Below the pieces are notes generated by a model, which was not told the origin of the DNA, ran no database searches, and saw only the letters and a program-made list of their open reading frames with translations. A DNA stretch of 41,928 nt from the sequence record DRR378314_35; one strand, 5' to 3'. Both the position numbers and the translations under genes were made by a program. This document shows, in pieces, positions 27,257 through 36,254 of the stretch (positions are counted from its first letter, which is position 1; each line of letters opens with the position of its first letter).

Positions 27257-30200
27257 ATGGAAAAAGCTAAAAAGAACGCAAATAAAGAGTTTCGCCTATC
27301 ATCATGGGCCATAGACAATCCGTCCGTGGTCTATGTAATGATCGGCTTATTCTTCATAATAGGTTTATCCTCCTATTTTTCTATGCCCCGAGAGGACTTT
27401 CCGGAGGTAGAAGAAACCAAAATTTATGTGAGTTCCGTTTATCCGGGAAATACTGCCGAGGATATGGAGCGTTTGATCACCGACCCACTGGAAGATGTGC
27501 TGAAGAACATCAGCAACGTAGTGGAGATCACATCGACCTCACAAGAGGATTATTCCATGATCATTGTGGAGTTCGACGAAGAGATTGCTGTGGAGACGGC
27601 CAAGCAAAAGGTTAAGGACGAAGTGGACTCCGAAAAAGCCGGTGAAGATTGGCCTATTTTTAATGGGGCCAAAGTGGAGCCCAATGTTTTTGATTTAAAC
27701 TTGGCGGAATCTTTCCCCATTATGAACGTGAACCTTACCGGGGATTATCCGGTTGAGAGGCTAAAAGAGTTCGCCGAATACTTGGAAGATGAAATCGAAG
27801 ATCTTCCTCAAATTAAGGAGGTCGATATTAGAGGTGCGCAGGAAAAAGAAGTCGAAGTAGCTGTGGATGTCTACAAAATGATGGCTTCCCGAGTGAGTTT
27901 CGATGATGTTATCCAAGCTATATCCAATGGAAATATGACCATGTCCGCAGGCAACTTGATCACCAGTGGCCAACGAAGGACTATCCGTATTATCGGTGAG
28001 ATCGAAAAGCCATCGGAATTGGAAAATTTTGTGGTCAAATCCGAGAATGGGGCCATTTATCTGCGTGATATTGCCACCGTTTCTTATAGTGAAGAGGACA
28101 AGACCACCTATGCCCGGGAGCATGGTGCCCCGGTTGTAATGCTGGATATTAAGAAAAGATCTGGCAAAAACACCATTGAGGCATCCGACCGCATCAGGGA
28201 AGTGGTGGACGAAGCTAAGGAAAACTATCTTCCAAAAGACCTTGAGGTAACCATTGCCAACGATTCTTCCAGCAGAACACTGAACCAAGTAGATGACTTG
28301 GTAAACAACATCATTTTTGGGATCATACTTGTGGTAACCGTATTGATGTTCTTTTTGGGCTTTAGAAACGCACTGTTCGTTGGTTTCGCCATACCCATGT
28401 CCATGTTCATGTCCTTTATGATTTTGTCCGCAATCGGATATACCCTGAACACAATGATTCTTTTTGGTCTCATTATGGGATTGGGGATGTTGGTGGACAA
28501 TGGGGTCGTGGTCGTCGAAAACGTATACCGTCTTATGGAGCAAGAAGGCATGTCCCGTAAAGAAGCGGCCAAAAAAGGAATTGGGGAAATAGCCATACCC
28601 ATTATCATATCCACGGCTACCACCGTCGCTGCTTTTGTCCCATTGGGAACTTGGCCGGGCATTATGGGTGAGTTTATGATTTTCTTCCCAATCACATTAT
28701 CGGTAGTTCTTGGCTCCTCCTTGTTTGTGGCCATATTTATGAATTCCATGTTGGTTTCACAGTTTATGCAGATTGGAGAAAAAGAACTGACCAGAAAACA
28801 ATTGATCCGATTGAGTATAATTCTAGGCGTATTTGGACTGTTCATCTACTTTGTGGGAGGACCTGTTCGTGGACTCGGCACTTTACTGATCGTAGTTGCC
28901 GGTATGTTCTGGATCTACAAATACTTTTTAAAGCCTTCGGCACGTCGATTCCAGACCAAAAGTTTGGTAAGTCTGGAGAATTTTTACGAAGGCCAGTTAA
29001 AAAAGGCGCTCAGAGGCAAAAACGTTTATTGGTATTTCGGGCTCACTTCCCTCCTCTTGATATTGTCGTTTGTTTTCTTCGGGATGTCCTTAGGGTCACA
29101 GCGTACCAAAGTGGAGTTCTTCCCAGATAATACCCCTAATGAAATTTTTGTATACATAGAATATCCGCAGGGAACCGACATAGAAAAGACCAATGCCATT
29201 ACCAAGGATATCGAGGAAAGGGTTTATGGAGTAACCGGAAGGGACAAGTATACGAAAGGTGATTTTAACTATTTGGTAGAATCCAGTGTGTCACAAGTAG
29301 GAAAGGGTGCAGAAAACCCATTTACCGAGGGAGGTTCTGCCGCAGAAATGCCACATCGAGGTAAAATTACGCTATCGATGCGTGAATTTAAATATCGGAA
29401 CGGACTGGATACCGAGGAGCTGCGCCAACAAATTCAAGATACGCTCTCCGGAGTTTATCCCGGCGTAACCATTTCGGTTGAAAAAGATGCTGTGGGCCCA
29501 CCTGCAGGATATCCCATCAATATAGAAATCGAAGGTCAAAACTACGATACCCTGATAAGTACGGCCGAACGCATGCGCAACTACATCAACAGTAAAAACA
29601 TTGCGGGCATTGAAGAGCTCAAAGTGGATGTAAACAAAGGCAAACCCGGTATGCAGGTTGAAGTGGATAGAGCCAAGGCTGGAGAATTGGGTGTCTCCGT
29701 TGGCCAAGTGGGCCAGCAGCTGCGCAGGTCTATTTTTGGTGACAAGGCCGGTATTTATAAAAAGGATGGTGAAGATTATGACATCAATGTTCGGTTTAAT
29801 GAAGACATCCGATACAATACAAGTGCACTGTTCAATCAGAAAATCATCTTTAGAGATCCATCCAATGGGCAGATAAAGGAAATTCCGGTATCCGCCGTTG
29901 CAAACCAAAAGAACACCTCGTCTTTCAGTGCCATTAAGCACGTCGACTCTAAAAGGGTGGTGACCGTATACTCTGCTTTAAAACCAGGGTTTACCGATGC
30001 TGCGGCCATTGTTACGGAAATTCAGAACGAAATGCAGGAGTTTAAAGGTTTGCCAGAAGGAGTTAAAATTGATTATACAGGCCAGATAGAAGAACAGGAA
30101 AAACAAATGTCCTTTTTGATGAGTGCATTCTTTTTAGGGCTGGGTCTGATTATGTTACTGCTCATTTTCCAATTTGGGGGCATTTCCAAGCCAGCGATAA

Positions 30201-30751
30201 TCATGATGGCAATATTCCTGAGCTTTATTGGCGTATTTGGTGGATTGATCATTACAGGGTGGCCCTTTGTGATCATGATGACCATGATGGGAATTATTTC
30301 CTTGGCAGGTATTGTGGTGAACAATGGCGTGGTACTATTGGACTACACCCAAATCCTAATCGACCGTAAAAAAGTACAGCTTGGCCTTTCCGATGATGAG
30401 TTGTTGAACCGTGAAGATGTAAAAGAGGCCATAATTAAAGGAGGTAAAGCCCGTTTGCGCCCGGTACTGCTCACGGCAATTACAACCGTACTCGGTTTGA
30501 TTCCATTGGCCATAGGATTGAACATCAACTTTGTTAGCCTGTTCTCGGATTTTGATCCTCAAGTATATATGGGTGGTGACAATGTTATCTTCTGGGGACC
30601 ATTGGCCTGGACCGTTATTTTTGGTTTGATAGTCGCTACATTCTTAACATTGATCATTGTGCCCGTGCTTTTCAATATTAGCTACAGGCTTAAAATTAGA
30701 ATCCAAAAATGGAAGAGCAGGCATGAAACACCCGAAGTAATAACCGAATAA
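27257..30751 (+). CDS. AcrB/AcrD/AcrF-family efflux RND permease
   Basis: GMLVDNGVVVVEN, RLRPVLLTAITT, 12+ TM pattern with two large periplasmic loops. Confidence 0.93.
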   Translation: MEKAKKNANKEFRLSSWAIDNPSVVYVMIGLFFIIGLSSYFSMPREDFPEVEETKIYVSSVYPGNTAEDMERLITDPLEDVLKNISNVVEITSTSQEDYSMIIVEFDEEIAVETAKQKVKDEVDSEKAGEDWPIFNGAKVEPNVFDLNLAESFPIMNVNLTGDYPVERLKEFAEYLEDEIEDLPQIKEVDIRGAQEKEVEVAVDVYKMMASRVSFDDVIQAISNGNMTMSAGNLITSGQRRTIRIIGEIEKPSELENFVVKSENGAIYLRDIATVSYSEEDKTTYAREHGAPVVMLDIKKRSGKNTIEASDRIREVVDEAKENYLPKDLEVTIANDSSSRTLNQVDDLVNNIIFGIILVVTVLMFFLGFRNALFVGFAIPMSMFMSFMILSAIGYTLNTMILFGLIMGLGMLVDNGVVVVENVYRLMEQEGMSRKEAAKKGIGEIAIPIIISTATTVAAFVPLGTWPGIMGEFMIFFPITLSVVLGSSLFVAIFMNSMLVSQFMQIGEKELTRKQLIRLSIILGVFGLFIYFVGGPVRGLGTLLIVVAGMFWIYKYFLKPSARRFQTKSLVSLENFYEGQLKKALRGKNVYWYFGLTSLLLILSFVFFGMSLGSQRTKVEFFPDNTPNEIFVYIEYPQGTDIEKTNAITKDIEERVYGVTGRDKYTKGDFNYLVESSVSQVGKGAENPFTEGGSAAEMPHRGKITLSMREFKYRNGLDTEELRQQIQDTLSGVYPGVTISVEKDAVGPPAGYPINIEIEGQNYDTLISTAERMRNYINSKNIAGIEELKVDVNKGKPGMQVEVDRAKAGELGVSVGQVGQQLRRSIFGDKAGIYKKDGEDYDINVRFNEDIRYNTSALFNQKIIFRDPSNGQIKEIPVSAVANQKNTSSFSAIKHVDSKRVVTVYSALKPGFTDAAAIVTEIQNEMQEFKGLPEGVKIDYTGQIEEQEKQMSFLMSAFFLGLGLIMLLLIFQFGGISKPAIIMMAIFLSFIGVFGGLIITGWPFVIMMTMMGIISLAGIVVNNGVVLLDYTQILIDRKKVQLGLSDDELLNREDVKEAIIKGGKARLRPVLLTAITTVLGLIPLAIGLNINFVSLFSDFDPQVYMGGDNVIFWGPLAWTVIFGLIVATFLTLIIVPVLFNISYRLKIRIQKWKSRHETPEVITE

Positions 30752-30766
30752 AAAGTCTCAACAAAC

Positions 30767-30800
30767 AAAAAGCCCCGACCAAATTGGTCGGGGCTTTTTT
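30767..30800. terminator. Bidirectional rho-independent terminator
   Basis: AAAAAGCCCCGACCA-AAT-TGGTCGGGGCTTTTT between convergent genes. Confidence 0.92.
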
Positions 30801-30818
30801 ATTAAATACTGATTTTTA

Positions 30819-31169
30819 CTATTGATTTACCGTAACGGCATCACCTTGGTTCCAATTTTTTACTTGTACTATACGGTTATCCGTAAAGTCGACTTCACGT
30901 AATCCATCGTTCTTCCAAAAAAACCACTTACCGGTTTTTTCTCCATTTTCGTATTGGCCAGTGACAATTTTTTTACCTTCAACATTGAACATTACCCAAT
31001 CACCGTGTAATTTTCCGTTCAAAATATAACCTGTTTGGGCAATTTCGCCATTGTCATGAAAATAAGTGGCTTTCACCATTTTTCCCATTTTTTCAAAGGT
31101 CGGTTTTGCATCTTGAGCAGATACGCTAACCGCAAACATCACCGCCAAAAATAATATTGCTTTTTTCAT
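30819..31169 (-). CDS. Secreted MORN-variant repeat (YwqK-like) protein
   Basis: Signal VSA|Q; YFHDNGEIAQTG..NGKLHGDW..FNVEGKK..G.YENGEKTGKW. Confidence 0.82.
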   Translation of the reverse strand: MKKAILFLAVMFAVSVSAQDAKPTFEKMGKMVKATYFHDNGEIAQTGYILNGKLHGDWVMFNVEGKKIVTGQYENGEKTGKWFFWKNDGLREVDFTDNRIVQVKNWNQGDAVTVNQ

Positions 31170-31217
31170 TCTTTATGGGATTTAATATTGTTTATACTTA
31201 GTGATAACGTATCAAAG

Positions 31218-31413
31218 TTACTTAAATTTTACGTTAAATAAATACTTAGATAACATTTAGTTTACATTAAATTAACCTTAAAATTTTAATTAACTGTATT
31301 TCAATTAGTTAAATTTTACACAAATGATGGTTTGTCAACGTTTTATCGAAGATTTATGACCCTAATTCCTTCAAAGTTGCCAACAAATCAATATCAATGT
31401 TAATTTAATGTTA
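31218..31413. promoter_or_regulatory. Array of 11-bp-periodic TAACATT-like boxes (Pho-box/OmpR-type)
   Basis: TTACGTT 31229, TAACATT 31251, TTACATT 31262, TAACCTT 31273; reverse pair AATGTTA at 31396 and 31407; minus-strand -7 element TAACTTTG at 31213-31220. Confidence 0.55.
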
Positions 31414-31535
31414 CGTAAAAACTGTCTGTTTTGTGGGTGATTTAAAAGCAAAAAAGCTTATCAAGCTAGAAAAAGAACATATCTCCCTTAAAATATCTAC
31501 ATTCCTATTAAATTTGCGCTCTCATAACAAACATC

Positions 31536-33284
31536 ATGTACAGAAGCAATACTTGTGGTGCACTAAGGGCATCGGATATAGGTTCAGAAGTAGTTTTAAG
31601 CGGGTGGGTGCACAAGCTCCGGGACAAAGGTTTTGTGGCTTGGGTGGACCTGCGCGACCGTTACGGAATTACCCAATTGGTCTTTGACCAAGAGCGTACT
31701 TCCACAGCATTGTTGGAACAAGCCAGGGAATTGGGTCGCGAAACCGTTATCCAAGCCAAGGGACAGGTGATAGAACGCGCTTCCAAAAACCTAAATATCC
31801 CTACCGGAGAGATCGAGGTGCTGGTAACCGAGCTCACCATCTTGAACAAGTCCCTGCTTCCTCCTTTTACCATAGAAGATGAGACCGATGGTGGGGAAGA
31901 TATCCGAATGAAGTACCGCTACTTGGACATCCGAAGGAACCCGGTTAAGAACAAGCTCATTTTTAGGCACAAAGTGACCATGGAGGTTAGAAAATATCTA
32001 TCCGATCAAGGCTTTATCGATATTGAAACGCCATATTTAATCAAATCCACTCCCGAAGGTGCAAGAGATTTTTTGGTGCCCAGTCGCATGAACGAAGGGC
32101 AATTTTATGCCCTGCCCCAATCCCCACAGACTTTTAAGCAATTGCTGATGGTCGGTGGAATGGATAAGTATTTCCAGATCGTGAAATGTTTTAGGGATGA
32201 AGACCTCCGCGCCGATCGCCAACCCGAGTTTACACAGATTGACTGTGAAATGGCCTTTGTGGAGCAAGAGGACATCTTGAACACCTTTGAAGGCTTGACA
32301 AAACATCTTTTGAAGGAAATCAAAGGAGTCGAGGTGGAAGAATTCCCCAGAATGACCTATGACGATGCGATGCGCTTGTACGGAAACGACAAGCCCGACA
32401 TCAGGTTTGGAATGCAATTCGGCGAACTCAACCAAGTAGCCCAGCACAAAGATTTCAACGTGTTCAACTCCGCAGAATTGGTTGTGGGAATTGCTGTTCC
32501 GGGAGCAGCTTCGTACACCAGAAAAGAAATCGACAAATTGGTGGACTGGGTAAAACGTCCACAAATCGGTGCAAAGGGAATGGTCTATGTAAAATGTAAC
32601 GAAGACGGCACCTATAAATCTTCCGTGGACAAGTTTTACGACCAAGTAGATTTGGCCAAATGGGCCGAGGTAACCGGAGCCAAACCAGGAGACCTTATCT
32701 GTGTACTTTCCGGAAACACCAACGAAACCCGTGCACAATTGAGCGCTTTGCGCATGGAATTAGCAACTCGTTTGGGACTTAGAAAGGCTCATGAATTTGC
32801 ACCGTTATGGGTAGTGGATTTCCCATTATTGGAACTGGACGAAGAAACCGGCAAATACCACGCAATGCACCACCCATTTACCTCACCAAAACCTGGCCAA
32901 TTGGAATTGTTGGATTCAAAACCAGGGGAAGTAAAGGCCAACGCCTACGATTTGGTATTGAATGGAAACGAAATCGGTGGAGGCTCCATAAGAATTTATG
33001 ATAAAGAGACTCAAGCCACCATGTTTAAACATTTGGGCTTTACCCCAGAAGAAGCCAAAGCACAATTTGGCTTTTTAATGGATGCCTTCCAATACGGAGC
33101 GCCCCCCCATGGTGGAATTGCATTTGGCCTGGACAGACTGGTCGCCATTTTGGGAGGACAAGAAACCATTCGTGACTTTATCGCGTTTCCTAAAAACAAT
33201 AGTGGTAGGGATGTAATGATCGATGCCCCAGCAAACATTGACGAAGAGCAACTCAAAGAGCTCCATTTAAAATTGGATCTATGA
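31536..33284 (+). CDS. aspS: Aspartate--tRNA ligase
   Basis: [49 protein letters not shown]. Confidence 0.98.
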   Translation: MYRSNTCGALRASDIGSEVVLSGWVHKLRDKGFVAWVDLRDRYGITQLVFDQERTSTALLEQARELGRETVIQAKGQVIERASKNLNIPTGEIEVLVTELTILNKSLLPPFTIEDETDGGEDIRMKYRYLDIRRNPVKNKLIFRHKVTMEVRKYLSDQGFIDIETPYLIKSTPEGARDFLVPSRMNEGQFYALPQSPQTFKQLLMVGGMDKYFQIVKCFRDEDLRADRQPEFTQIDCEMAFVEQEDILNTFEGLTKHLLKEIKGVEVEEFPRMTYDDAMRLYGNDKPDIRFGMQFGELNQVAQHKDFNVFNSAELVVGIAVPGAASYTRKEIDKLVDWVKRPQIGAKGMVYVKCNEDGTYKSSVDKFYDQVDLAKWAEVTGAKPGDLICVLSGNTNETRAQLSALRMELATRLGLRKAHEFAPLWVVDFPLLELDEETGKYHAMHHPFTSPKPGQLELLDSKPGEVKANAYDLVLNGNEIGGGSIRIYDKETQATMFKHLGFTPEEAKAQFGFLMDAFQYGAPPHGGIAFGLDRLVAILGGQETIRDFIAFPKNNSGRDVMIDAPANIDEEQLKELHLKLDL

Positions 33285-33290
33285 TAAATT

Positions 33291-33319
33291 AAAATCCCGC
33301 TAACAAAGCGGGATTTTTT
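33291..33319 (+). terminator. Rho-independent terminator after aspS
   Basis: AAAATCCCGCT-AACAA-AGCGGGATTTTTT. Confidence 0.88.
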
Positions 33320-33347
33320 AATACTTTTAATAGTATTATAGACCTCG

Positions 33348-35132
33348 ATGCCCTACAGTAACAAAAAACTGCTCACCCGTTTCCTTAAATGGCGATATAA
33401 AAATATCTCCAACAGGACCTTTATTCAAATAATGAGCCTGATTGTTGGGTTTTTAGCAGGACTGGTAGCCGTTACCCTTAAAAACACCACCTATTTCATA
33501 GAGTCCTTACTAAAAAAAGGAATCGTTTTTTCGGAGAACCAACTGTATTTTATATTGCCCACCATAGGACTGACACTCATCTATCTCTATGTAAAATTTG
33601 TGCACAAGGAACCTTTACAACACGCGGTTTCTTCCATCATATTTTCCCTTTCCAAAAAAAGGGGGCTGCTCAGGCTCAAGGACATCTACACACCCCTGAT
33701 CACGGCACCAATAACCGTTGGTTTTGGTGGTTCCGTAGGTTTGCTTGGCCCTGCCGTAAAATCAGGTGCTGCATTGAGCTCAAATTTGACCCGTTTGTTT
33801 CATATTGATGCCAAGACGAGAACACTCTTGGTGGCCTGTGCATCGGCAGGGGCCATTTCCTCCATTTTTCAATCGCCGATTGCCGCTATCATTTTTGCCG
33901 TGGAAGTGTTTACGTTGGACTTAACCATGCTGTCTATGCTGCCCTTGCTTTTGGCATCCATTTCCGGGGTGTTGACCTCTTATTTCTTTTTGGGAAACGA
34001 AGTATTGTTCAGTTTCTCCCTTTCCGAAGGTTTTAAACTGGAAGACACCGCCTTTTACATTTTATTGGGCGTGGGCACGGGATTTGCCTCGATTTATTTC
34101 ACCAAAATGTATTTTTACATCCTATCGCTTTTCAAACAACTGAAAAGTCCAAAATATAAACTTTTGGTAGGCGGAATTGCCATTGGGGTGATGCTTTATG
34201 CCATTCCCCCACTCTACGGTGAAGGATTTGGATTCATCAACAACCTATTGGATGGCGACCATTTAAAAGCGCTCGGCACCACTCCCTTTGATGACTATAC
34301 CCATAATATTTGGGTGGTAATCACCCTATTGTTCGGCATCACCATTTTTAAGGCCATTGCCATGACGGCCACAATAGGTGCAGGCGGTGCAGGTGGAGTG
34401 TTTATTCCTACCATGGTGATGGGAAGTGCACTGGGCAATGTAGTCGCCAAAGTAATCAACAATCTTGGGCTGGGCATTTCGGTCTCCGAAAGCAATTTCA
34501 CATTAATTGGAATGTCGGGTCTCATCGCAGGGGTAATCCATGCGCCGTTGACCGCCATCTTCCTAATAGCGGAAATTACTGGGGGTTACCAACTCTTTGT
34601 ACCTTTGATGATTACGGCAGCGATTTCCTATTTAATAACCAAAAATGCACTGGATTACACCATTTACACCAAAGAATTGGCCAAAATCGGGGCGCTATTA
34701 TCACACAACAAGGACCAAATGGTACTTGGGCTTATGGAAATGGACGACGTAATAGAAAAGAATTTTAGATCTGTACATCCAAAAATGTCCTTGGGAGAAA
34801 TGTTGCATCAATCCGTTTCCAAATCCAAAAGAAATCTTTTTCCAGTCTTGGATGATGACAAAAAATTGATTGGAATCATTGTATTGGACGATATTAGACC
34901 TATGATGTTCGATACCGAAATTTATGACACTGTTTTTGTTAAAAGTTTGATGCATGCCCCTCCAGAGGTTATCTTTTACGAAACGGACAATATGAAACAA
35001 GTCATGAAAAAATTTCAGGATAGCGGTGCTTGGAATTTACCTGTCATTAAAAATGGCAAATACGAAGGCTTTATATCCAAATCCAAACTATTGACGGCCT
35101 ACCGCAGAAAACTTATTAATTATTCGCAATGA
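33348..35132 (+). CDS. ClC chloride channel/transporter family protein with tandem CBS domains
   Basis: GFGGSVGLLGP, IIFAVEV, GGVFIP, HAPLTAIFLIAEITG; CBS pair at C-terminus. Confidence 0.9.
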   Translation: MPYSNKKLLTRFLKWRYKNISNRTFIQIMSLIVGFLAGLVAVTLKNTTYFIESLLKKGIVFSENQLYFILPTIGLTLIYLYVKFVHKEPLQHAVSSIIFSLSKKRGLLRLKDIYTPLITAPITVGFGGSVGLLGPAVKSGAALSSNLTRLFHIDAKTRTLLVACASAGAISSIFQSPIAAIIFAVEVFTLDLTMLSMLPLLLASISGVLTSYFFLGNEVLFSFSLSEGFKLEDTAFYILLGVGTGFASIYFTKMYFYILSLFKQLKSPKYKLLVGGIAIGVMLYAIPPLYGEGFGFINNLLDGDHLKALGTTPFDDYTHNIWVVITLLFGITIFKAIAMTATIGAGGAGGVFIPTMVMGSALGNVVAKVINNLGLGISVSESNFTLIGMSGLIAGVIHAPLTAIFLIAEITGGYQLFVPLMITAAISYLITKNALDYTIYTKELAKIGALLSHNKDQMVLGLMEMDDVIEKNFRSVHPKMSLGEMLHQSVSKSKRNLFPVLDDDKKLIGIIVLDDIRPMMFDTEIYDTVFVKSLMHAPPEVIFYETDNMKQVMKKFQDSGAWNLPVIKNGKYEGFISKSKLLTAYRRKLINYSQ

Positions 35133-35389
35133 AAATCAAATTGAAACATATCATTTTCCTAATCATGTTGGCATCCCTCGGCACCATTGGCTACGGACTT
35201 ACTTTGGACAACGAAAATCCCATGGCCCCAAAATATATTGGAGGAGGCACGGTGGGACTCTTTTTGGTGGCCATGCCGCTTTTTCTTTGGAAAGAGAGTA
35301 GATTCAAAAACATGAAAGATTATATGCTTACCCATGAAAACATTAAAAAAATGCAAGAAAAAGAGCGCGAAAAGACTGAAAATCAATAA
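35129..35389 (+). CDS. Small two-TM hypothetical protein
   Basis: 86 aa; ATGA overlap with the ClC stop; two hydrophobic helices. Confidence 0.72.
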   Translation: MKIKLKHIIFLIMLASLGTIGYGLTLDNENPMAPKYIGGGTVGLFLVAMPLFLWKESRFKNMKDYMLTHENIKKMQEKEREKTENQ

Positions 35390-35472
35390 TTTTCATAAAA
35401 TTTAAACTTCATTTTATCCAACCAGCCACAAAAAAAGTTACATTCGTGATTTAACATTTATTTATTTTTTTA

Positions 35473-35667
35473 ATGACTGGTACAGTAAAATTTTTCAATG
35501 AATCCAAAGGTTATGGGTTTATTACAAACGACGACACAGGTAAAGACATCTTTGTTCATGCTACGGCATTGAACGGTGTGGAACTGAACGAAGGCGACAA
35601 AGTAGAATACATTGAAGAAGAAGGAAGAAAAGGAGTGGTTGCTGCACGAGTGCAGGTAATCGGATAA
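35473..35667 (+). CDS. Cold-shock protein
   Basis: GTVKFFN, RNP1 KGYGFI, RNP2 DIFVH. Confidence 0.95.
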   Translation: MTGTVKFFNESKGYGFITNDDTGKDIFVHATALNGVELNEGDKVEYIEEEGRKGVVAARVQVIG

Positions 35668-35691
35668 CAATATTTTATTTTGATTTGATTT

Positions 35692-35719
35692 AAAAACCCC
35701 GGCTTTGCTGGGGTTTTTT
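35692..35719. terminator. Bidirectional rho-independent terminator
   Basis: AAAAACCCCGGC-TTT-GCTGGGGTTTTT between csp and tadA. Confidence 0.88.
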
Positions 35720-35721
35720 AT

Positions 35722-36192
35722 TTAGTTCAAGTTTCGTCTTTGTATGAAGAACCGTTTCAGCAGTTCAGCAGCCTCGTTTTCCATAACCCCTCCAACCACT
35801 TCGGTTTTCGGGTGCAAGTGTCCGCCCATTACGCTAAAACCGCGTTCTAGATCTGAAGCACCATAGACAACTCTCGAAATTTGGCTCCAATACAAGCCAC
35901 CCGCACACATTTGGCAGGGTTCCAAAGTAACGTACAACGTACAGTCCCGAAGATATTTGCCTCCCAAAAAATTGGAGGCTGCCGTAATCGCCTGCATTTC
36001 AGCATGGGCCGTAACATCCTTTAAGCGTTCTGTGAGGTTATGGGCCCGCCCAATAATTCTATTGTTCACCACAATGACGGCTCCAACGGGAACTTCGCCA
36101 TTTTCAAAGGCAATTTCCGCCTCTTGCATGGCTTTCTTCATAAAATAAGTGTCATCAAATGGGTTCTCCACGATTATTATGTCATTTTTCAA
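35722..36192 (-). CDS. tadA: tRNA-specific adenosine deaminase / nucleoside deaminase
   Basis: EVPVGAV, TAHAE, LYVTLEPCQMCAG. Confidence 0.88.
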   Translation of the reverse strand: MKNDIIIVENPFDDTYFMKKAMQEAEIAFENGEVPVGAVIVVNNRIIGRAHNLTERLKDVTAHAEMQAITAASNFLGGKYLRDCTLYVTLEPCQMCAGGLYWSQISRVVYGASDLERGFSVMGGHLHPKTEVVGGVMENEAAELLKRFFIQRRNLN

Positions 36193-36254
36193 GAGATTGC
36201 TAAGCTACACATAAAATAATTTTGGGGAGAATCGATACTTTTGTTTTTTATTCA

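Noticed and set aside
27761-28845. Long antisense ORFs (260 and 206 aa), and similar ones opposite czcA, aspS and dxs
   Set aside because: Fully shadow well-supported genes and show no recognisable motifs; expected from codon bias.
30819-31169. YwqK-like antitoxin of a toxin-antitoxin pair
   Set aside because: Has a signal peptide, is monocistronic with its own terminator, and has no adjacent toxin.
31433-31687. 84-aa ORF overlapping the aspS start
   Set aside because: Out-of-frame overlap spanning the aspS promoter (TAAATTTG 31509-31516), with no protein features.
35722-36192. Deaminase as a defence or editing enzyme
   Set aside because: Canonical TadA motifs and size in a housekeeping context.
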